Of a stretch of 64,000 bases of DNA, positions 10,443 through 19,153 are shown in pieces. The stretch is from NCBI GenBank assembly GCA_029855935.1, contig JAGSHN010000016.1, positions 128,001-192,000 on the forward strand, written 5' to 3'. Below the pieces are notes generated by a model. It had not been told where the DNA came from and did no database searches. It saw only the letters and a list, made by a program, of their open reading frames with translations. This DNA is from Candidatus Thorarchaeota archaeon. GTDB lineage: Archaea; Asgardarchaeota; Thorarchaeia; Thorarchaeales; Thorarchaeaceae. Each line of letters starts with the position of its first letter. The first letter of the stretch is position 1. The position numbers and the translations under genes are program-made.

Positions 10443-10501
10443 CCTGCGTTCACCGTCCCTCTGGGACCTATCGTTTCGGCTATAGTACTTCCGATAGGTG
10501 T

Positions 10502-11320
10502 TCATAGCTCACCCAGTTCGCTGAGGCAGGTGCGCAGTACCTGGTAGCCCTCGATCGCCATGTCTCTTGCAGTCTCGTGGTCCTTGAGGCCCGACAGGAA
10601 GAGGTCCCATCCGCGTTCGTAGAACGCAAGATAGTGATTGGCGACGATACCCATCCCCTCGTTCTCAAGCTCATCGAGGACGCGACTGCGGTTCAACCTC
10701 CAGACCGCCACAGGGTCGGCCTGGACTTGGGTCAGCAGTCGGAATGGCGTCAGCGCGACGTGCCCTGCCAGGTCCAGTATCAGATAGAGCAGGTCGGTCC
10801 CCGTCGCAGAGGCAAGTCTGTCAGGAAGGTCTCTCAGATAGCCCTCCTCCTGTTCGAGTCTCCAGCGGTCGACATATCGCACTCTCTCGGGCGGTGGCTC
10901 AGGCAGCTCCGGGAGCGATCCTATCACTGGTCGTATCTCGTCAGGTTGAGGCGGGACATACCACTCCTCCCTCATCAGGCTGTTTATCACCCTCATATGG
11001 GTCCGCGGATGATGCAGGGGGGCCGGCTCCAGTCTTGCGAACGTCTCCTCGTGCTGACGTGATAATGCCCGCGCCACGGTCAGGGGGTCAGACGAGGTCA
11101 CAAGGCGGTCGTCTTCATCTGACAGTATGAGATCGATATCGACGTCGCTGATGACCGGGACGTAGTCAATTGGCGAGTCCCACCTCTTGACGGCCGACCC
11201 CTTTGCGAACATACAGGCGATGCGCCCACCGAGCTGATTCCTGAGGGTCTCCGACCACGCCTGAATGCAGACCCTGATGTCGTGTCGAGCCCGCTTGTGA
11301 AGTGATGAGTAGTCGGCCAT
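10502..11320 (-). CDS. Putative Pol-beta superfamily nucleotidyltransferase
   Basis: 'FAKGS...SDVDIDL' (hGS...DxD) followed by a helical C-terminal domain. Confidence 0.55.
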   Translation of the reverse strand: MADYSSLHKRARHDIRVCIQAWSETLRNQLGGRIACMFAKGSAVKRWDSPIDYVPVISDVDIDLILSDEDDRLVTSSDPLTVARALSRQHEETFARLEPAPLHHPRTHMRVINSLMREEWYVPPQPDEIRPVIGSLPELPEPPPERVRYVDRWRLEQEEGYLRDLPDRLASATGTDLLYLILDLAGHVALTPFRLLTQVQADPVAVWRLNRSRVLDELENEGMGIVANHYLAFYERGWDLFLSGLKDHETARDMAIEGYQVLRTCLSELGEL

Positions 11321-11366
11321 CAGGTCCCCTCTACTCGTGCCCATATGAAATCTGTATCGACTGGCG

Positions 11367-11954
11367 TCAGTCCGCGAGCAGCGCTCCTACCTCGGCTGCG
11401 GCACCTATCCAGAAGGCGACCCGCAACAGGAGCGCCTCAAGGAATCTGTCCTTGTCCTGTGGCGTCACATCCTTTGGCCATCTGGTGCTGCGATACTCGT
11501 TGAACTCGTTGAAGGTCTTTCCGTACTTGGTGGTCAGAGGCAGTCTGACGCGACGGTTACAGACCGTGTTGAGAGCGCGGACGAACAGCACAAAGTCAGG
11601 CTCCAGTCGCATCAGCCACTTCCTCATCGCGGGGAAGAACGCTCTCTGGTCAGTCTCATCCCAGGGCAGTGCCTTGAGTCTCTCTCTGTCACGACCGTCA
11701 ATTCTCTCGCTGTTGGTCCTACAGTTCTTCGAGTGTGTACATCTTGCCCGTACCCAGACTGTGTTATCGGATAGCCATACCGCGATCTCATGATTGCCCA
11801 GCGAACGCATCATCTGCTTGTGCTGTCCCGCCGGTAGAATCAGTTCGACAACCCGTTGGTCCTTCAGGCGCCCGCCGTGCTCTCGGTACAGATCGAGGGC
11901 CCACGCCACTGCAGGAATGGTGTTGACGCCGTAATACGTGTCGGGGTTCGGCAT
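11367..11954 (-). CDS. Hypothetical protein, translationally coupled to the Rab-like GTPase
   Basis: Start overlaps the GTPase stop (TAATG); plausible 195-aa globular ORF with 'RARCTHSKNC'. Confidence 0.7.
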   Translation of the reverse strand: MPNPDTYYGVNTIPAVAWALDLYREHGGRLKDQRVVELILPAGQHKQMMRSLGNHEIAVWLSDNTVWVRARCTHSKNCRTNSERIDGRDRERLKALPWDETDQRAFFPAMRKWLMRLEPDFVLFVRALNTVCNRRVRLPLTTKYGKTFNEFNEYRSTRWPKDVTPQDKDRFLEALLLRVAFWIGAAAEVGALLAD

Positions 11955-12508
11955 TATGCTCCAAACTCGGTTGTCTTCCGTCGTGCCTCAATCAGTATCT
12001 TGGCGAGCTCCTCGAAGACATCGAGAATTCCCTCGCCCGTCTTTGCAGAGGACTCCACGTAGGGCATACCGTGCCTCTCGGCGTAGGCACGGCCCTCCTC
12101 CGTCGTCACGACACGGTCGGGCAGGTCAGTCTTGTTGGCGACCAGCACAAGTGGGATTCTCTTTCCAACCGCCTTGTCGAGCTCCTCAAGCCATTCGTCA
12201 AGGACCATGAACGTTCTTCTTCGTGTGACATCGTATACGAGTAGTCCTCCACTGGAGCCGCGGTAGTACATAGGCCTGAGGATCTGGAAACGCGACTGTC
12301 CCGCGACGTCCCATATCTGAAGCTTCACCGTGAAGTTCCCGGAGTCGGTGGCAACCTCGATGTTCTTGACCGCGAACTGACTACCTATAGTCGTCCGATA
12401 GTCCGTCCGGAAGAAACCGTGTGAGAAACGGGTGACAATCGCCGTCTTCCCGACCGCTCCTTCTCCCAGCACAACCACCTTGAATAGATAGTCATAGGTA
12501 CTGCTCAT
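11954..12508 (-). CDS. Rab-like small GTPase (eukaryotic signature protein)
   Basis: G1 GEGAVGKT, G2 TIG, G3 WDVAGQ, G4 NKTD, G5 SAK; RabF-like IGSQF, KLQIW, YYRGS, LVYDVT; N-terminal YDYLFKVVVLG. Confidence 0.95.
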   Translation of the reverse strand: MSSTYDYLFKVVVLGEGAVGKTAIVTRFSHGFFRTDYRTTIGSQFAVKNIEVATDSGNFTVKLQIWDVAGQSRFQILRPMYYRGSSGGLLVYDVTRRRTFMVLDEWLEELDKAVGKRIPLVLVANKTDLPDRVVTTEEGRAYAERHGMPYVESSAKTGEGILDVFEELAKILIEARRKTTEFGA

Positions 12509-12645
12509 TGGCTCCTTGCCACCTTTGGTTATGTCACGGGACTCTCATCCGTTTGGGCGTCTTCCACATTAATAATCTTTTGTGGCCGTCATTCTGCGCG
12601 AGAGGGCCTCTCGTGACAATCTTGCCGTCCAGTTCAGAGGCTCTC

Positions 12646-13455
12646 TCACTGAGGTCTGACTTCGACACCACGGTCCACCCAGTGCAGGAACTCACGTAGA
12701 AGACGGTTGAACTCTCTCGGCTGCTGCACCATTGGACAGTGGTCACTGTCTCTCACAAGAGCGATGTCGGCCCGTGGCAGGGCCTTGGTCAGCTGTTCGG
12801 CCACAACACGCGGGATTATGTCATCGTCAGTGCCGTGGATGACGAAGACGGGGATGTCAATCTCAGGCAGTCGGTCCTGAATGCTAAACCTGTCGCACGC
12901 GCGAAGGTCGCGCTGGACCATCTCGGGATGAGCGCGCTTGGCCTCTTCCTCCTCTCTCAGGATCTTGAACGCGAGCGACTCGCTTCCTGTCAGCATCCCG
13001 CGGATCAGTCCGAAGTATGTCTCGACAGTCTCTATCAGCAGACCAGGGGCGAGCCGGCTCAGGTCGAGGTCTGCAGAGGTGTCAACAAGTGCCATAGCGT
13101 GAGGCATTCTTGCGGGCCTGTTGAGAACGTAGGCCATAGCCACACCTCCCCCCATCGAGTGACCGACAAGCACAAAGTCGTTGAGCATCAGATGTTCAAT
13201 AAGCGCCTCGAGCTCACGCGCACAGTTCTCTGAGATGTCCACCTCCTCCTCTGGCGGCAGGTCTGAGTTTCCGTGTCCGGACAGATCAGGTGCGATGACT
13301 CTCCTCTCCCTGCTGAACTCCTCAATCTGCAGTGTCCAGATGGCGTGCGATGAACCGGCTCCGTGGACGAACATCACGGGAACGCCACAGTCCTCCCCGC
13401 ATCTTGCAACGTCAACATAGTAGAGCCTCAGCCCCTCATAGTCGAAGAACGGCAT
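12646..13455 (-). CDS. Alpha/beta hydrolase
   Basis: 'FVHGAG', nucleophile elbow GHSMGG, 'HGTDDDII', 'SDHCPM'; start ATG 13455 behind GGAGTGA. Confidence 0.92.
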   Translation of the reverse strand: MPFFDYEGLRLYYVDVARCGEDCGVPVMFVHGAGSSHAIWTLQIEEFSRERRVIAPDLSGHGNSDLPPEEEVDISENCARELEALIEHLMLNDFVLVGHSMGGGVAMAYVLNRPARMPHAMALVDTSADLDLSRLAPGLLIETVETYFGLIRGMLTGSESLAFKILREEEEAKRAHPEMVQRDLRACDRFSIQDRLPEIDIPVFVIHGTDDDIIPRVVAEQLTKALPRADIALVRDSDHCPMVQQPREFNRLLREFLHWVDRGVEVRPQ

Positions 13456-13566
13456 ATCCTTCACTCCATCTCTGGTAAGCCAGCTGGTACTCATATCTAT
13501 CGGCGACGTATTCTCACGTGAGAGTTACCTTTTTGTCTGCAGAGTCACCTGAGATGCTGAGCCACG

Positions 13567-14964
13567 ATGACCGGCAAGCTGTTTGGAACGACCGGAGTCA
13601 GAAAGGTCTACGGGACAGAGTTCGATATCGAGATGGCACTGAGGCTGGGTAAGGCTCTTGGCACGTATCTGAAGGAGGGCACCGTGCTGATGGCGCGCGA
13701 CGCCCGGACGACAGGCCTGATGATCGAGTCGGCATTGGCCGCAGGCCTGATGTCAACAGGCGTCAATGTGGTCCGTGCAGGAATGGTCCCAACACCGACA
13801 CTGGCGTTTGGCACGAAGTTTCACGGCCTCACTGCTGGTGTGATGATCACGGCCTCCCACAACCCTCCTGAGTACACCGGCGTGAAGTTCTGGCAGGGCG
13901 ACTCAATGGGCTTTTCTCCGGAGCGTGAACGCGAGATTGAGGCGATATACAACAGTGGTGAGTTCAAGACCGCACCGTGGGACAGCCTCGGGACCGAGTC
14001 GCAGATCGACACGCTCGTAGAGGACCATATCTCCGAGATTCTCTCCAGATGCGATGCTGATACAATCCGGTCGCGTGAATTCCGTGTGGTCGTCGACCCT
14101 GGCAACGGCGCTGCCTCCGTGCTCACACCCTATCTTCTGCGTCGCTTGGGCTGCGACGTGATCAGTCTGAACAGCCAGCCCGACGGTACGTTTCCCGGGC
14201 GTCCGTCAGAACCTGATGAGTCCACACTCGGTGACCTCGTCAATACTGTTCGTGCGACCGGGGCTGATCTTGGTGTGGCACATGACGGCGACTCTGACCG
14301 CGTGGTGTTTGTCACGGGCAAGGGCGAGATTATCAGAGGGGACCGGACAATAGCTCTTCTCGCCCGCGAGATGCTTCGGTTGCAGAGCAGTGGTGATGAC
14401 AGGGATGGTACGATAGTCACCACCGTGGACAGCTCACGTGTCCTTGATGAGGCGGTTGCAAATGCGGGAGGTCGGACGATTCGCACGCCCGTCGGCGACA
14501 TTCAGGTCGCCATCAAGGTGAGAGAGACGAACGCACTACTCGGTGGTGAGGCGTGTGGCGTCTTTATATTCCCTGAGTTCCATCTCGCCCCTGAGCCTTT
14601 CCTCGCCGTGTGCAGGGTCCTCGAGACAATGGCCCGTTCCGGAGAGAGCTTTGACTCGCTGATCTCTACAATCCCAGTATACCCGCTCAGGAAGACGAAG
14701 TTGTCCTGTCCGAACGAGCATAAGGCTGCTGTGATGAAACGTCTGACCGAGATGGTCCCATCGGAGATGGAGGGCGTGTCCGATGTGATCACGGTGGACG
14801 GTGTTGGCGTCGTGCTGTCAGATGGCTGGGTACTCATTCGCCCCTCCGGGACAGAGCCAGTCATCAGGATAACCTGTGAGGCCTCTACAGACAAGGCTGT
14901 CGAGAGCATAGTCGCTGCTGCCGCCAGACTTGTCGAGCGTGCGATACGCGAGACTGTCGGATGA
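13567..14964 (+). CDS. glmM: Phosphoglucosamine mutase / phosphomannomutase
   Basis: 'LFGTTGVR', 'TASHNP', 'DGDSDR', 'RPSGTEP'. Confidence 0.88.
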   Translation: MTGKLFGTTGVRKVYGTEFDIEMALRLGKALGTYLKEGTVLMARDARTTGLMIESALAAGLMSTGVNVVRAGMVPTPTLAFGTKFHGLTAGVMITASHNPPEYTGVKFWQGDSMGFSPEREREIEAIYNSGEFKTAPWDSLGTESQIDTLVEDHISEILSRCDADTIRSREFRVVVDPGNGAASVLTPYLLRRLGCDVISLNSQPDGTFPGRPSEPDESTLGDLVNTVRATGADLGVAHDGDSDRVVFVTGKGEIIRGDRTIALLAREMLRLQSSGDDRDGTIVTTVDSSRVLDEAVANAGGRTIRTPVGDIQVAIKVRETNALLGGEACGVFIFPEFHLAPEPFLAVCRVLETMARSGESFDSLISTIPVYPLRKTKLSCPNEHKAAVMKRLTEMVPSEMEGVSDVITVDGVGVVLSDGWVLIRPSGTEPVIRITCEASTDKAVESIVAAAARLVERAIRETVG

Positions 14965-14977
14965 GACGCCAACAATG

Positions 14978-14985
14978 TTTATAGC
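14978..14985 (+). promoter_or_regulatory. Putative TATA box (TTTATAGC) for the 15025 gene
   Basis: AT-rich box in a GC-rich intergenic spacer about 40 bp upstream of the ATG. Confidence 0.45.
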
Positions 14986-15024
14986 ATCACCTCCCCTGCC
15001 AAGTGTGATAACGGGGCCTACGTC

Positions 15025-15441
15025 ATGAGCGAAGATGATGACTTCATCAAGGAAGAGTTCGAGTGGGCGCTGAAAGATCCCACAGAGGAGAAGCTCAGGA
15101 GCCTTGGTGAGGTGGTCAGCACCATCACCAAGAAGCTCGTCGAGGCGATAAGTGAGCTTCAGAATGATGTCTATCAGCTCCAGACACAGCTCCAGAGCCT
15201 GCAGTCCAAGATGAGCAGTCTTGAGAACAGGATGGCAACTGTGCGCGCTGCTCCGGCTGCGGCGGGCGGCGGTGCTGCTGCGAAGGCCCCGGAGGCAGCT
15301 CCGACCTCCGCACCGGCAGTTGCTGCAGCTGCTGCGCCCAAGGCACCTCCGCCACGTGCACCCTCCGGACCGATGGCTATGATGGGCGAGCTGAAGGCGC
15401 TCCTTGCAGCTCGGCGGAGAAAGGCCGAGGGTGGCGAGTGA
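15025..15441 (+). CDS. Coiled-coil protein with Ala/Pro-rich linker and C-terminal VASP-FAB/WASH-C-like basic amphipathic helix
   Basis: Heptad region 'ISELQNDVYQLQTQLQSLQSKMSSLENRM'; linker 'APKAPPPRAP'; C-terminus 'MMGELKALLAARRRKA'. Confidence 0.75.
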   Translation: MSEDDDFIKEEFEWALKDPTEEKLRSLGEVVSTITKKLVEAISELQNDVYQLQTQLQSLQSKMSSLENRMATVRAAPAAAGGGAAAKAPEAAPTSAPAVAAAAAPKAPPPRAPSGPMAMMGELKALLAARRRKAEGGE

Positions 15442-15479
15442 GCAAGCGGGTGTTGAACCTGCAAATCAGCCTGAATTGA

Positions 15480-16151
15480 TCAGAGCAGAGTCTGCACACT
15501 GTTCTGATGGTAGAACGGTCCCGCGTGACGCGGGAGGTACACTGTGAATGCCTCCGCCCTGTCGCAGGCGGCTTGCACGCCCCTGAGCCTAGTTCTCGCA
15601 TCGTACAGGCGTGGATAGAAGCCTCCAGCCTTCTCCACCTGCGACTGGTGCTGTCTGAGTGCGTCGAGGGCAGTGTCGTAGCTGCTGGTGATGTCCACCA
15701 TCACGTTGGGATGAGTGATCAGCGAGTTGATCTCCATAAAGTAGACTCTCTCCACCCTGTGGGCATCATCGTACTGGGTGACGTGGGACGCCCACTCGAC
15801 TGCCTCGACCACCACTCTCGAGGTCTCCACATGCGCTCTGTTGTAGTCATCCTGAGAGTGGGTCATCACTATCTGTGGACGTGTCCGGATGATTGCATCT
15901 GCGACCTCTCTCACGAGCGCGAGACTGATGTCAAAGTCATCTCTCTCACTGGTCAGCACCAGATCCGCACCCAGTCTCCTGCAGGCTGCCCTGAGCTCTG
16001 CATTTCGCTGTTCGTTGCCCGTCAGGCAGAGGACGCCAACACGGTGTCCACAAGTCGTGTGGTTGGCTATGGTGCCTCCCGCTCCTATGCATTCATCGTC
16101 GGGATGAGCGCATACAACAAGGATTGACTGCTCGACCGGCTCGTCGGCCAT
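15480..16151 (-). CDS. bshB: PIG-L family N-acetylglucosaminyl deacetylase (BshB-like)
   Basis: 'AHPDDECIGAGGT' metal motif, 'RPQIVMTH', 'YNRAH'; divergent from bshA; start ATG 16151. Confidence 0.8.
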   Translation of the reverse strand: MADEPVEQSILVVCAHPDDECIGAGGTIANHTTCGHRVGVLCLTGNEQRNAELRAACRRLGADLVLTSERDDFDISLALVREVADAIIRTRPQIVMTHSQDDYNRAHVETSRVVVEAVEWASHVTQYDDAHRVERVYFMEINSLITHPNVMVDITSSYDTALDALRQHQSQVEKAGGFYPRLYDARTRLRGVQAACDRAEAFTVYLPRHAGPFYHQNSVQTLL

Positions 16152-16238
16152 AGTGAGATCCTTGTCAAGCGCACAAATCAGTTTACCTAATTCGGCTCCT
16201 TTATCTTGGCTATCATCGACCCTTGGTGGGTGCCCTCG

Positions 16239-17393
16239 GTGCGCATAGGAGTGAACCTGTTTCCATCGGTCGGAGGGTCCGGAAACCTCGCCACAAGACT
16301 CGGAGAACATCTCGCGGATAGGGGTCATATCATCCACTTCATATCGTACCAGAAACCATTCTCGTTGATGTGGCAGCAGCCGAAGGGCGTCTACGTTGAC
16401 CTTGTGGACAACTTTGACTATCCGCTCTTCAAGGACATAGGTTCTCCGTATGGTGTCGCTCTCTCATCCAAGATCGTCCGCGTCAGCCGTTCCGCCAATC
16501 TCGACGTTGTTCACTCTCACTATGCGATACCCCACGCGATGGCAGCGTTCGTGGCAAGGGAGATAACTGGTGTCCCCTATGTGGTGACACTGCACGGCTC
16601 TGATGTGCACACACTGGGCATCGACCCGGCGTACAGACCGATCGTGAAGCATACTGTACAGCACGCTGATGCCGTCACAACTGTTGCTGAGTTTCTGAGA
16701 CAGAAGGCGCTCAACGAGCTTGGCATCGAGCGTGAGATAGAGGTCATCCCAAACTTCATTGACGTGCAGACGTTCAGACGTGCCGAGGGGCTTCGCCTCG
16801 TTGTCGAGAGCGGTTGTGTTGCTCTACGTAGCGGAACCGAGACGATCGACCCAGAGGAGCGAGTGATACTTCACGCCTCCAACTTCAGACCCGTCAAGCG
16901 CGTGGTCGATCTCATAGACGCGATGCGTCTTGTCGTCGACGAGCTACCACGCACACGCCTCGTCATTGCGGGGGATGGGCCGACAAGGATACAGGTGGAG
17001 CGCAGGATCGAGGAGCTAGGCCTGTGTGATAATGTTCACCTGCTCGGCATAAAGAGCAACATGCGTGAGCTGATGTGTACGGCCGACCTGTTCGTTCTCA
17101 ACTCGACGGTCGAGGGAATGCCTCTCGTTCTTCTTGAGGCAATGGCATGTTCGGTGCCTGTGGTGACAACTCCTGCAGGCGGTGTTCCCGAACTCGTACG
17201 CCCGGGAGTCGATGGTGTGGTAACCGAGGGCTTTGAGACAGAGGAGCTGGCATCTGCCATCATCGAGACTCTGGAGGACGATGTCCGTCGCCAGTCGTTG
17301 GGCCGTGCTGGACGGCGTCGCGTCGAGGAGAGCTTCTCAGCATCAGCAGTTGTGCCACGCTACGAGCGACTCTTTGAAGAGGTAATCGAGTAG
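16239..17393 (+). CDS. bshA: N-acetyl-alpha-D-glucosaminyl L-malate synthase (GT4)
   Basis: BshA signatures 'PSVGGSG..AT.LG..LA.RGH.IHFISY', 'HSHYAIPHA', 'TLHGSD', 'HASNFRPVKRV.D'; start GTG 16239. Confidence 0.9.
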   Translation: MRIGVNLFPSVGGSGNLATRLGEHLADRGHIIHFISYQKPFSLMWQQPKGVYVDLVDNFDYPLFKDIGSPYGVALSSKIVRVSRSANLDVVHSHYAIPHAMAAFVAREITGVPYVVTLHGSDVHTLGIDPAYRPIVKHTVQHADAVTTVAEFLRQKALNELGIEREIEVIPNFIDVQTFRRAEGLRLVVESGCVALRSGTETIDPEERVILHASNFRPVKRVVDLIDAMRLVVDELPRTRLVIAGDGPTRIQVERRIEELGLCDNVHLLGIKSNMRELMCTADLFVLNSTVEGMPLVLLEAMACSVPVVTTPAGGVPELVRPGVDGVVTEGFETEELASAIIETLEDDVRRQSLGRAGRRRVEESFSASAVVPRYERLFEEVIE

Positions 17394-17404
17394 GAGTCTG
17401 ATGT

Positions 17405-19147
17405 GTGACGATGAACGGCAGCGTGACCTCAGCATACGACGCATATCTCGCAACAGGAGAGAACGCGGACCTGGTGCGGTATCTGTATGATGATCCTCCC
17501 GTGACGCTCAGAGCGGTGGCCCGGCGCATCCCCTCGGTGATGGAGGAGTTCTCACGCCGGGATGACTGGTTCTCGGAGGAGCGCATTCGTCGCTTGCAGG
17601 CGGCTCTCATTGCTGAGAGCAAGAGACTCGGCTCTCTGACGCCCCGCGTCCGAGAGTCAATCGATCACATTCACGAGGGTGTTGTTGAGGCTGCACATCA
17701 GAGTGTTGTGCTTGGTGGGCCTGCGTTCGTCTTGAACAAGGCGGCAACGTCAGTGGCAATCGTCCGCACAGCAAGGGCCCTGGCTATATCTGCAGTGCCA
17801 TTCTTCTGCGTCGCAGACTATGATGAGGTCCAGCCAGAGCTCACCCACATCAGGACTCCTCTTCTCGGTCACGAGGGGGTGCTCATCCGCGTTCCCGTGC
17901 CGGAGGGGTACGAGAGGTCACCAGTAAGCGCCCTGCCCCTGCCTGGCCCGACTTGGTATGAGGAGTTGGAGGAGAGTATTCGAGAGGGCTACAGGCCGCT
18001 GTTCAAGACCCTTGAGGGCACTGCGAGAACTCTATACCATGAGCGTCTTGAGCAGGCCCTCTCGATGGCTCGCTGGGCCTATCACAGTTCGACGACAATG
18101 GGAGAGTGGGGGACGCGTATCATGGGGCATCTATTCAACATCGAGGGCGACCTCGGTATCCCGCTGTATCCCGCCTCCTCCCACGAGCTCCGAAGGCTCT
18201 GGGTCACAGGAATGGAGCTCCTCCTCCGAGAGGATGTCCGTGAGGTCTTCCTGTCCGTACAGAGTGACACAACGAAGCGTATCACCGACCGTGGACTCAG
18301 ACCGGGACTCTCACCGCGCGACAGGCAGTACGTCCCGTTCTTCTACGAGTGTCCCAACGAGGACTGTCACCGCCAACGCGTTCGTCTAGACTATGAACGC
18401 CGCGGGGACAGGATTGAGATTCTCGGCCAATGTACCGGCTGCGGCGATAGAGTGGTCATCGAGACCTCTGCAGAGGATCCCGATCTTGGAGAACACGCCC
18501 ATCTGTTGTCCCCAAGGGTCGACTCGCGACAGTTCATTATCGACACGGCGGTACCGGTGGCAGTCCACGTTGGCGGCCCTGGCGAGGCTGCCTACTATTC
18601 TCAGGTGATTCCGGTAGCCAGAGCGTTGGAGGTGCCGTTTCCAGTCTTTGTGAAGTATACGCGCGTCTACTTCAACACTCCCTGGGCTGAGAGACTCGGC
18701 AAGAGCCTTGCCGCACGGGGCCTTCCCGTTCTGCACGAGTCCACTCTCTTCAAGTATGTTGGCAAGGTGGCGCGTCTGAGGAAGAAAGGCCGCTACGGGG
18801 AGATGTATAGCATCCTGAATCAGCTTGAGGAGTTCATCCGGGCGCGGGAGCGTGACATGATAGCAAGACTCGCCCAGCTCGGGCAGAATACACCAGCCGA
18901 TGGGGGCACTGCTGAGACGGACGCTGACAAAGAGCATCTCACAAGGACACGAACGGACCTCCAGACCTACTTGAGCTGGACCTACGGACGGTACGCTCCG
19001 GAGAAGAGTGCTCAAGAGGCCTCGTGGTCATGGATTGAGTGGGCGGTGAATGCGGGATTCTCTGACCTGTTCGGCCCCTATGAGCGGATGTACGTGCCTG
19101 ACGCGAGAGTGGGCGGCACGCAGTTTGTCAATCTCGGGCTCGTGTGA
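17405..19147 (+). CDS. bshC: Bacillithiol cysteine-adding enzyme BshC-like, with Cys4 insert
   Basis: 'AAHQSVVLGGPAFVLNKA' (cf. TGQQ..LFGGP.Y...KA), 'VPFFCVADYD', 'LSPRV..R', 'VGGPGEAAYYSQ'; directly follows bshA. Confidence 0.8.
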   Translation: MTMNGSVTSAYDAYLATGENADLVRYLYDDPPVTLRAVARRIPSVMEEFSRRDDWFSEERIRRLQAALIAESKRLGSLTPRVRESIDHIHEGVVEAAHQSVVLGGPAFVLNKAATSVAIVRTARALAISAVPFFCVADYDEVQPELTHIRTPLLGHEGVLIRVPVPEGYERSPVSALPLPGPTWYEELEESIREGYRPLFKTLEGTARTLYHERLEQALSMARWAYHSSTTMGEWGTRIMGHLFNIEGDLGIPLYPASSHELRRLWVTGMELLLREDVREVFLSVQSDTTKRITDRGLRPGLSPRDRQYVPFFYECPNEDCHRQRVRLDYERRGDRIEILGQCTGCGDRVVIETSAEDPDLGEHAHLLSPRVDSRQFIIDTAVPVAVHVGGPGEAAYYSQVIPVARALEVPFPVFVKYTRVYFNTPWAERLGKSLAARGLPVLHESTLFKYVGKVARLRKKGRYGEMYSILNQLEEFIRARERDMIARLAQLGQNTPADGGTAETDADKEHLTRTRTDLQTYLSWTYGRYAPEKSAQEASWSWIEWAVNAGFSDLFGPYERMYVPDARVGGTQFVNLGLV

Positions 19148-19153
19148 TGCAGG

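Noticed and set aside
2715-12508. Prenyltransferase-like protein acting on the nearby Rab-like GTPase
   Set aside because: The GTPase ends 'KTTEFGA' with no cysteine, and the barrel protein appears extracytoplasmic with no alpha subunit nearby
15480-16151. PIG-L as a GPI-anchor or mycothiol enzyme
   Set aside because: Its divergent pairing with bshA-bshC explains it better as BshB; no MshC or MshD is seen
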